NCBI RefSeq assembly: GCF_006345805.1
Contig: NC_043002.1
Location: forward strand, 94,240,001 to 94,304,000
Reading direction: 5' to 3'
DNA from: Octopus sinensis
Taxonomy: Eukaryota
Length of the DNA: 64,000 bases
Every line of letters begins with the position of its first letter. The stretch's first letter is position 1. The position numbers and the translations under genes are program-made. Positions 53,049 through 64,000 of this stretch are shown here, one piece after another. The notes under the pieces were generated by a model that searched no databases, had not been told where the DNA came from, and worked only from the letters and a program-made list of their open reading frames with translations.

Positions 53049-53825
53049 TATATGTATGTGTGTGTGTGTGTGTGCTTTATATAAAGTATATAAAAAGTGA
53101 TAGCCTGATCGAGTTCGACCTTAGTTAATTGCGTCTGTGAATGAAAATGTAGGAACCTGTAGTATTTATAAAAATAGGTAGGCACTAAATGTGTGTTGGT
53201 AAGTGGGATTGCAATTAATTCGTATTTTGAAATATAATGAGGAATGTGAATTAGTGTAACTACTTTGTTCTTAGCCATAGAAAACTTTGAAAAGTTGTAT
53301 TTTCCCTTTTAGTTTATATTTAGGGTACTTGTTAGTGCTTGTGTACCTACGAAAGACACGAACACACAGAAACGCTCGTACATACACGCGATTATCTTGA
53401 GATACGTAGCGCTCATAAAGAGAAATTCACAGTTATACATCCATCTGGTAGAGACACATACAAACGCTCCTGTATCTGTATACAAATTTAAAAAAAATTA
53501 AATTAACAGATTTGTGTAGGCTGGCTATTCTTGGGATTAATATTAATTATATTTCATTGAATACATACCTAAAGGGCTTGTTAATATCATTTACTACCAT
53601 GGTAAATGAATTTAGGATGTTCACTATATATAAAAACAGGAAAGCATGCACATATACATATATACATACATCTATACATATGTATAAACAGATGTATAAA
53701 ACTATAGATTGATACATTCACGCACAGACGCATACACACACACAGACATGCGTGCGCAGACACACATACACACTTAATATACCCGGATATATACAAATAA
53801 ACATAGTCATATATGTACTAATATA

Positions 53826-54390
53826 TTGGGTTGTCCGGAAAGTTCGAGCCGATTTTTAAAGGGAAGAAAAAGATCAATAAATACTTGTCATTACATTTTT
53901 AATCAACCAAATATGAACCATTTTGTTGCACAATGCGTCTCCATCTTTCCTTTAACTTGAAAATACCCTCTTCCCAGAACTAAGGTGGTTTCATGGCAAA
54001 GAATTCATCAAGGTATTTTTTACGTCATCCAAGGAATTGAAATTTTTACCATTAAGACTATTCTGTAGAGATCTGAAAAAGTGGAAATCCGAAGGAGCAA
54101 TATCTGGTGAATATGGAGGGTAGGGTAACACATCCTAGCCGAGCTGCAGCAATTTTTGTCTGGTTCCCAAAGTATCAAGTGCCGAAAATGAACTTTCTTA
54201 TCTTCCATTTTAAAGGGTTACAGAATTAACATAGGCTATAGGAACATAAACCTTCTTCCATGAAAAGATAGCTTAAAATGTGCTCTAAATGGAGGTGTAG
54301 TCAAATCCTATTTTATGGACTCAACCATTTTCTAAAATAAGTCGAATGGTAAGCTACTATAAATCGGCACGAAGTTTCCGGACAACCCAA
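53826..54390 (-). mobile_element. Internally deleted mariner element with both TIRs
   Basis: TIRs ttgggttgtccggaaa / tttccggacaacccaa with TA flanks; minus translation PYPPYSPDIAPSDFHFFRSLQNSL...ERWRRIVQQNGSY (YSPDLAPSD motif) at about 53899-54163. Confidence 0.9.
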
Positions 54391-54643
54391 TACATACCTA
54401 CAAATTCACATTATCACACAAATATATCAATAAGACTATACAGAAACATTAATTTATCCTATTCATGCTATTCTAGTGGCATTATGACGCATTTGAGAAT
54501 AAATTATTTCTGAATCTTTCAATACATCGCTACGCTTCTAAAGCAAACTTTGTTTACTTTATTCCTAAGTTGGATTCAAATGTATATATATATATACACA
54601 CACACACACACCACACACACACACATATATATTATATATATAT

Positions 54644-54713
<70 letters not shown>

Positions 54714-54943
54714 GTGTGTGTGTGTGTGTGTGTGTGTGGTGCATAAATAGGCTGTTACCTACACAAGTTCTAAAACAAATAATGTTTGTTCTATGCATAA
54801 TATATCTTTTATCTTTTACTTGTTTCAGTCATTAGACTGCGGCCATGTTGGAGCACCCCACTGAAGAATTTTTAGTCGAATGAATCATATACGCAGTCAT
54901 CACATTCTGTTAAAATGTCTTATTGATGTGTTCGGTTTCTTTC

Positions 54944-55021
54944 TTTCCCTGATGAATGTTTCACACCATTTTATTCCTTCTGGAATAATACCAATGTTGT
55001 CTTCGAAACATATGTCGGAAG
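54944..55021 (+). ncRNA. Hammerhead motif, family H4 (stem II base damaged)
   Basis: tttcc-CTGATGA-...ttattcc-ttct-ggaataa...tcttc-GAAAC-ATAT-GTC-ggaag. Confidence 0.6.
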
Positions 55022-55246
55022 TAACAGAATTGAATAACACATGCGTTTAACTCCATTTATTTATTTATTTATTTATTTATCTATATTATACAAAACATTT
55101 CACCTAAACTGGAGTTTCTACCATTATAAATAGGCTGCTACTTCCTTGTTACTTGTGTGAATTTTTGCTACCCTAGCAACTGTTTATTTTTTCCGTTTTA
55201 TTTGTAAGCGCTGGAAAAGCATATATATATATATACATACATACAT

Positions 55247-55325
<79 letters not shown>

Positions 55326-55661
55326 TATATATGTATATATATATATAATATATTATATATATATATATATATATACATACCCACACACTGATAGATAGAT
55401 AGCTAGATTTGAGTAAATACACACATACACAATATATGTGTGTTTGCAAGAGCACGTGCGCGTGTGTGCGCATTTGCGTAGTGTAAATTAGCAACGAACC
55501 ACAATCCGATACAATATCTATGACAGTTTTCAGTACGACTCCCGTCGGAAAAGAAAAACGAGCAAAAATAAAAATAAAACAATTACAAGAAACATTAAAA
55601 GCATTAAACTAAATCAAATAAAGAGAAGTGATTGGTACTCATGAATACACACACACACACA

Positions 55662-55793
<132 letters not shown>

Positions 55794-55994
55794 ATAAATA
55801 GGCTGTTACCTACACAAGTTCTAAAACAAATAATGTTTGTTCTATGCATAATATATCTTTTATCTTTTACTTGTTTCAGTCATTAGACTGCGGCCATGTT
55901 GGAGCACCCCACTGAAGAATTTTTAGTCGAATGAATCATATACGCAGTCATCACATTCTGTTAAAATGTCTTATTGATGTGTTCGGTTTCTTTC

Positions 55995-56072
55995 TTTCCC
56001 TGATGAATGTTTCACACCATTTTATTCCTTCTGGAATAATACCAATGTTGTCTTCGAAACATATGTCGGAAG
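55995..56072 (+). ncRNA. Duplicate of the H4 hammerhead motif
   Basis: Identical to 54944-55021. Confidence 0.6.
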
Positions 56073-56299
56073 TAACAGAATTTGAATAACACATGCGTTT
56101 AACTCTATTTATTTATTTATTTATTTATTTATCTATATTATACAAAACATTTCACCTAAACTTGGAGTTTCTACCATTATAAATAGGCTGCTACTTCCTT
56201 GTTACTTGTGTGAATTTTTGCTACCCTAGCAACTGTTTATTTTTTCCGTTTTATTTGTAAGCGCTGGAAAAGCATATATATATATATACATACATACAT

Positions 56300-56394
<95 letters not shown>

Positions 56395-56690
56395 ATTATA
56401 TGTATATATATATATATATACATACCCACACACTGATAGATAGATAGCTAGATTTGAGTAAATACACACATACACAATATATGTGTGTTTGCAAGAGCAC
56501 GTGCGCGTGTGTGCGCATTTGCGTAGTGTAAATTAGCAACGAACCACAATCCGATACAAATATCTATGACAGTTTTCAGTACGACTCCCGTCGGAAAAGA
56601 AAAACGAGCAAAAATAAAAATAAAACAATTACAAGAAACATTAAAAGCATTAAACTAAATCAAATAAAGAGAAGTGATTGGTACTCATGA

Positions 56691-56724
<34 letters not shown>

Positions 56725-56854
56725 ATACACACACACACACACACACACTTTTATATATACACGTACATAAACAAGAATATACATACAAATATATACTTAT
56801 ATTCATATACATACACATATATATTATTCATATATGTGAATGAATATATATATA

Positions 56855-56926
<72 letters not shown>

Positions 56927-57073
56927 GTATATATATATATATATATATAATATATATATATATATACGTATAGACATGTACATGTAGACATATATAACTT
57001 ATGTGTGAATGTATGTATCAGTGCATGTATGTATATATATATGTATCTATCTCTTTCTCTCTCTCTCTCTACG

Positions 57074-57110
<37 letters not shown>

Positions 57111-57958
57111 TGTGTGTGTGTGTGTGTGTATGTGTGTGTGTGTACATGTATATATAAAAAGAGAAACGCAAGAGGAAGGAAAGAGGGAATTAAGGAAAGA
57201 TAGCGAGAAAAATAAAGAATACTTTATATTTTGCTGAACCCTCAGACCACCGCCGCCATCTCCAACACTGAAAGAAAGCAGTCATTTTTCGTTAATTTTT
57301 TTGTTGTTGAGCTTTTCACTTAATTCAATTATGTTCAACGGAAAGGCAAGAAAATTGTTCTTCTTTTGCAAAATAATTTAGTTCTGTGGTGAGATTCTGG
57401 GTAACAAGATGAAATTGCATTTGTTTTTTTCTAAGGGTAGATAGATTAAATCGATCATACGTAAAATAGATGTGATATCAATCTATACCTTATCACAGTA
57501 CTTTACAGATTATCTGTTTATCTCTAGCAAACTTAGTTTTCTTCCTTGTAAGTCACTTTGGGGTCTGATTGACCGTTGAAAATGATATTTTTGCAAAGAT
57601 TTCCAATGAATAATCGTACTAATTCAGGAATTTTCTACACCTACAGTGTAATACAAATCAATAGATACCAACATAAATAAATATCGTCTGTTGTAATAGT
57701 AAGGTGTAGTTTGGAGATATCAACTTTTTATTAGTTGATTTATACGTAAAAGAAAGGATAGACGACCACTCCTATTCACAGTGTAGTTTATTACCTTCTT
57801 TATTATATCAGTAATCACAGATTTTTTTCCCTATACATAAAGCTCATTTTATAAAGAAAACACAGGGAGCGTATGCTCGATTGAATTATTCCCCTATTCT
57901 ATTACTGGTATACACTTTATCATTCCTAAATAAGTGAAAATCATTACCAATCGGTATT

Positions 57959-58350
57959 GGAATATGGAAGCACTCCGTCGGTTACGAAGACGAGGGTTCC
58001 AGTTGATCCGAATCAACGGAACAGCCTGCTCGTGAAATTAACGTGTAAGTGGCTGAGCACTCCACAGACACATGTACCCTTAACGTAGTTCTCGGGGATA
58101 TCCAGCGTGACACAAGAGAGTGACAAGGCCGGCCCTTTGAAATACAGGTACAACAGAAACAGGAAGTAAGAGTGAGAGAAAGTTGTGGTGAAAGAGTACA
58201 GCAGGGATCACCACCATCCCCTGCCGGAGCGACGTGGAGCTTTAGGTGTTTTCGCTCAATAAACACTCACAACGCCCGGTCTGGGAACCGAAACCGCGAT
58301 CCTACGACCGCGAGTCCGCTGCCCTAACGACTGGGCCATTGCGCCTCCAC
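57959..58350 (-). mobile_element. SINE group C head with tail type 2
   Basis: 14 bp TSD taccaatcggtatt (57945-57958 / 58351-58364); reverse complement colinear with 35464-35852. Confidence 0.9.
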
Positions 58351-59743
58351 TACCAATCGGTATTAAATTAGAATTCGCAACCAACAATAAGCTAGTTAGT
58401 TGTCAATTGCCCATTTCATTCTAATTTCGCTACCCGTGCAAATTCTATCCTCAGCAATATCACAATAACAGCAATGTGTATGGAAGCCGGAAATTAGAAA
58501 TTTGAAGTTTTATATCCAAGAATTCAATCATTAGTTTGCTTTGCACAATGAAAATTACATATTGACTAATAATCAAGCTGTAACAATATGGTGAATGCTT
58601 TTACGGCTTAATATGAGACTAAACCTATAGCACATTCAAACTAAGTGTGAAGTATGAATGTCAATATGAAAAAGACAGAAAAAGAGAATCATGAATAAGA
58701 ATAGCATTTTAATCACTTTTAAATAATCTGAATATTTAATGTAAGGTATATCTACAATTTTATCCTCGAAGTACGAAATGTAAACAAAGGTTTATCTCTC
58801 TGTGGATAGAGAGACTGGAATAATCCCGACTAATTTTATGTCTTTCATCGGAGAACATTTCCACTGCTCCTAGAAAGATTGCTAGCTTATTTGAGGAGGT
58901 TCTATGAAACTGGCCTCACTCACAAGAAACGTGCTCGATGCACCGCACTGGGGATATGTCTTAGATTTAAAATTTCTGATTATGCAACGAACACAATGTT
59001 GCTCATCTTAATATCTTTTGTATGTCCTTTGGATCTGCATCCGGCCTTAGTTTAATCTACCAAAGTAATATTTTTATTATCAAATTTATATTTTGCACAG
59101 GAATTACTAAATAACGAATAACAAAGGGCAATGTAACAGAGAAACATCTTGCCTTTTAAAATGGACAAGTGGTTAATTTGCTCACAGGTTGGAGAAAGTA
59201 ATGGTATCTTTCTTGAAAACGAAGAAATCAGTTCTTTGATTATGCTCCATAATCAAAGTTTATGGAACTTTCTGATCGTGAAATAACCTGTATGGGTCTT
59301 CCTTACATGACCCTGGCAAACTGGATGAATTATCGCCACTAATGTTGTGCAAGTGAATAAGTAACTTGTACGTCGAGTTACAGTAGATTGCAGAACATTA
59401 TAATTATTTGTACATATTCACTAGTATCATACAAACACTGAACAGATTTATGTATATGAGATATACAAGTATACGCCCTTAATCTATTATAGTTGTAACG
59501 CTGTTAGAATGAGTGGTTACTTAAGTAGCAAATCAAGTGTGCTGTTTTTAACCAAAGTAGATTATTGTTTTCTTTTCTTCATTGCATAATTGTTCCTTGT
59601 CGGTGTTTTAATAGGCCCTGCATTATATATGCTAATAACTTATCTAGTGTTCTTCGTGTGGATAATGTCTCTGAGATATTTATTATTGTCTATACAGTTC
59701 TAATTTTACCACCACTACTCAGTACCATGAAGCATATTCATCA

Positions 59744-60235
59744 TTGATGAGGCCGTAATAAGACCAAAACCTGTCCGGAGTTGTTGAAATATGATATTGC
59801 TCTTTTTTCTCAGCGTGTAATTACCTCCAGTTAATCATTCAATGTTCGTTATATTAAATATTCTGAAATTGACAACACCGCTTTTTCTCGTCCTCTCTTA
59901 CCCACTCTTAGACAAAGAGAATCAGCCCGAAACGTTAAGTATTTTACCTCGTACAGTTACTGAACTTGTAAAAACTCTCCTGTGGACTGATAGTTACTAA
60001 AACAAACCATTACCAGTTTCCTCGAATTCCACTCTATCTTATTGCGATGTCGTGTATGAGATAATCAGATTGATGCTATAGAGCAAGTGTGTTTTCCTTC
60101 TCCGTAGCTAAATATCTGAGAGCCGAGAGTGTAGACTTCTGTACTAGGAATATATGATACCTCATCGTAATGAATTCGAATCTTATCGAATTCGATGTTA
60201 CTTCCATCCACGAAGATCGATCTGCTAAAATGTTT
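59744..60235 (+). other. Cluster of decayed hammerhead-like motifs, same orientation
   Basis: ttgatga-ggcc..gacc-aaaac-ct-gtc (59744-75); ..agccCGAAACGTTaag (59928-39); aatga-attcga/tcgaat (60169-95); cacgaagatcgatctgctaaaatgttt (about 60209-35). Confidence 0.35.
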
Positions 60236-61302
60236 GTAGAATACTGGATGTATTTATTCTATACTTTTCCCACTCCATAAAATATGGCCTTTCCCGATTT
60301 AAAAGCAAAATTATTATTTCTTTATTCATATATTACGCATTGTATGAGAAGTTTTCATTCTCTTATATTGTTTTTATATTATGCATATTTCCTTCGGCAT
60401 GTTAATATCATATTTACAATATGGTGATTCTAAAAGTCTTAACTAATCTAGTTTGAAATAAAATTTATCTTCGGGCAGGTTAAGAAAAGGATTTAAATGA
60501 GGTGATGAGATCTTCTCGGCGATAAGAAACGTAATTAAATAATATCTGGAATCTTGATAAAAGCCGCAACAACAAAGTAGATTTTAATTCAATTTTAATA
60601 ATTAATACAAATTAATTCGCTAAAGTGCCATAATTTCAATGGTGGGTTGGGTTTTTTTTGCAAAAATCTTGGAAGTAGTTCAAAATATAATAGGCATTTT
60701 AAATAATTTAAGAATTTTAGTGATTGCATTGTTTCATGTCAAGGGAATATGAAGTCTACAACGCTTGGCTTTCAATTTGAATTGATTGTATTCGTTAAAC
60801 TTTTGACCTGTCTTTCTAACCTCCTGCATCGTGCTCGTTATTTTCGAAAAAATATTCATGAATATCAAAAAAAAAATATATAATTTTTTTTTTGTTTAGC
60901 GCGTTTGATCTCATTAAAATATTTTTTACCAACTACTATTTTTTCTTTCACACATTTTTTCCCCACCAAACTTTTACCTTTTTGTTTCATAATTCCTTCT
61001 TCTGTTTCTATTTATTTATTCAAAATTTTCATTTTGTTATTCATTGATTCCTTTAATTCTTTCTTTTTAGAAGTAATTTCTTGTTTCATCAGCAAGCACT
61101 TTATCATAATTTCATTTCGATCTGAATATAGGTCATGTATCTTTCACATGATTTGTGAAACCGGAGCTGTAATAGTCTGCCATTTCAATGATTGTTAGTA
61201 ACATAAACACACGACTAGGAGTTTGTAGGGAAGGAACAAACAATTATGGCAACTCTAGTATGTAAGTGATACATTATTTTACCGACACCGGAAATATTGG
61301 CT

Positions 61303-61650
61303 ATTGGCTTCAAATTTTGGCACAAGGCCAACAAGTTCGGTGGGAGGGTTAAGTCGATTAGACCGACGCCATTGTTTAACTGATACTTATTTTATCGACC
61401 CTGAAAGGATGAAAGGCAAATTCAACCTCTATAGAAATTGAACTCAGAACGTAAAGACAGACGAAATCCCGCTAAGTATTTTGCCCGGCGTGCTAACGAT
61501 TCTCTCAGCTCGCCGCCTTCGACGCCGGAAATATTAAAGACAAAGTTAACCTCATGCAGAAACGGAACTGAATTCAGAATGTAAAAAACCAGGATACATG
61601 CCACGAGGCATTTTGTCCGACGCCCTCGCCATTCTGCCAACCCATCGCCT
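61303..61650 (-). mobile_element. SINE group B plus an adjacent degenerate head
   Basis: 61303-61517 ends cgtgctaacgattctctcagctcgccgcc; second decayed head to about 61650. Confidence 0.75.
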
Positions 61651-61982
61651 TTTATAACAACTTACCTTGATTTCCCGGTATTTATTACTGTGCGATTTAT
61701 CTATATTCTACTACGAGGATGAAGAGCTATGTTCTGGATGCTTCCGTTTAAAACATTTTCTAAGCCAATCTCCAAGAAAACAATAAATGGCTTGAATGTA
61801 TACATAAATACATTGCATCAGAAACGTCTATAAAGATGAAAGCAAAAATACTTACTATTGCCCTCGGGGCATATGAAAACAAAATCTGTTGTTGTGAAGG
61901 TTAACTTCATGCAGGTGTTAATATCACACCTAAAGCTTGTCGAGAACATCTACAGAGAATTCTAGTAGAACCTACGTTTATT

Positions 61983-62045
<63 letters not shown>
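61983..62045. repeat. (AAT)n microsatellite (others at about 33030-33092 and 33340-33405)
   Basis: Direct inspection. Confidence 0.95.
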
Positions 62046-62046
<1 letters not shown>

Positions 62047-62675
62047 CGTAATAATAAGTTCACACTCGAACCTCTATGTAATGGGCTATTAAAATATCTA
62101 ACAGAATGTTTGCATTTTTACCTGAAAATACTAAACTCCAACACACACAAAAAATAAAAATAAATAAAAACCAAATCAAGTGGTCCGCATCTGGATTTAA
62201 TTAATCAGGGGAATAGCAAAGGATTCTTAGATCTTTCGGTAATTCATTATTCAAATTTACCGAGAATATTTACCTTTCTTTATACTGATTTGCATACATA
62301 CATTGATTTATATATGTATACATGTAAGCAATAAAATGCAAATATACATGCTTACGCATACACACATATAAAGGAGAGAGAAAGAGAGAGGGAGAGAGGG
62401 AGAGAGAAAGAGAGAGAGAAATTGTGTGTGTGTGTGTCTATAGAAAATTTATTCCTTCTTATGTTACAAAATGCAACATGTTTTGGCTCTTAAAGGCGCT
62501 CTTTTGATAACTGTAAAAAAATTTTTCCTTTCCTAAGAAAACATGAAATAAATTACGTATATTCTATTTAGTACCGAGATCTATTTACTGAATTGTTGAT
62601 ATCCAAGTCTAATGATTAGGCTCTCTCTCTCTCTGTATATATTTTATATATGTGTATAAACACATGTGTATATGA

Positions 62676-62710
<35 letters not shown>

Positions 62711-63093
62711 GGCGCAGGAGTGGCTGTGTGGTAAGTAGCTTGCTTATCAACCACATGGTTCCGGGTTCAGTCCCACTGCGTGACACCTTGGGCAAGTGTC
62801 TTCTTCTATAGCCTCGGGCCGACCAAAGCCTTGTGAGTGGATTTGGTAGAGGGAAACTGAAAGAAGCCCGTCGTATATATATGTATATATATATATGAGT
62901 GTGTGTTTGTGTGTCTGTGTTTGACAACCGATGCTGGTGTGTTTACGTCGCCGTAACTTAGCGGTTCGGCAAAAGAGACCGATAGAATAAGTACTAGGCT
63001 TACAAAGAATAAGTCCTGGGGGTCGATTTCCTCGACTAAAGGCGGTGCTCCAGCATGGCCGCAGTCAAAACGACTGAATCAAGAGCAAGAGAG
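62711..63093 (+). mobile_element. Full-length SINE group A
   Basis: ggcgcaggagtggctgtgtggtaagtagc ... gactgaatcaagagcaagagag. Confidence 0.9.
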
Positions 63094-64000
63094 CATATAT
63101 GTATGCATATGTGTGTGCGTGTGTGTGTACACATACTTACATGCGTTCATATGAACAATAAAGCTACAGAGAGTGCAACCCACATTGAAACTGCAATATA
63201 CTTAAATGCGGCAATGTTTTGCTACGAAATGGAAAATTTAATACTTTAACAGAAGAATCTTGGTAATGTCGGAACAGGTGAATGATTGGTCACTTGGACA
63301 TATAAACAGATACTCATATGAAAAAAATAAATCGATTTGGATCCACCCCGCAAACATTACAACTCACTTCTACGTATAAGATTTTTATTTTATACTACAC
63401 CGTACCTAGAGTGACCGTATTTTTTTCTAATACGCTACCCAAACAAGAAAGTATAGGTTACCCCGGCGCATATATCACTTGCTTTTTATGTATTCACAGT
63501 GTACTTCGTTTAATTATTCATAGTAAAAAATAACAAAGCTTAAAATGCTACGATGTATACAAACAAAAGAAAAAAACCCATACATGATAGATCATTGGCG
63601 TTGGTTTATATTTGAATGAAGAATAAATAAGCAAATTTTAAATGAGAGCTGTATTTTCTAAAAGCTATAAGGTTATTAGAAGCAAAAGTTTTAAAAACAA
63701 TCTGAAAAATATGTACAAAAACTAATTTTGAAAACATATTAAAAGTTTCAAAATGAATTAAAAACGGAACAAATTACTGCATTGAATCTTTCATTCGGGA
63801 TGCGCTAACTATTCCTTACATGTCCCTGGGTACACTTTTTTAACTATGAACTAATGAAAGAGATTGTATATGGTCAGTCGATATGCTAGAAATACTAACC
63901 AAATCATAATCTGCCATCTTAAAGTAAAAGAGAACAGTTTGTGTAATGCGTTCGTAGATACCTTTCAAATGACGGATGTCAAATAGTTAGAGTGATTTGA

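Noticed and set aside
61856-61910. Possible first exon MKLTFTTTDFVFICPEGN with phase-1 GTAAGT donor
   Set aside because: Phase fits, but the peptide is not a credible signal peptide and there is no other support

Overview
AT-rich, microsatellite-saturated metazoan genomic DNA. The SINE repertoire and repeat style point to a coleoid cephalopod, probably Octopus (inference, not a database result). Almost all ORF-track entries are artefacts of (TA)n/(CA)n/(TCTA)n tracts. One convincing host exon is present (14253-14402, minus strand; Cys-rich, Ly6/LU/quiver-like), so much of the window is probably intronic. The rest is layered mobile DNA: at least four tRNA-head SINE groups, LINE remnants (RTE-, R4-, CR1/L2-, CRE- and L1/Tx1-like), an ORF1-only L1/Tx1 derivative, mariner and pogo remnants, and MITEs. 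The most interesting signal is a set of short microsatellite-anchored elements carrying type I hammerhead ribozyme motifs (CUGANGA...GAAAC-palindromic loop-GUH). Several sit in head-to-head fold-back palindromes that place a ribozyme on each strand. This fits non-autonomous Penelope-like (PLE) or retrozyme-type elements with inverted 5' ends. Assembly artefact remains an alternative for the near-perfect palindromes and for the 1.05 kb tandem duplication.
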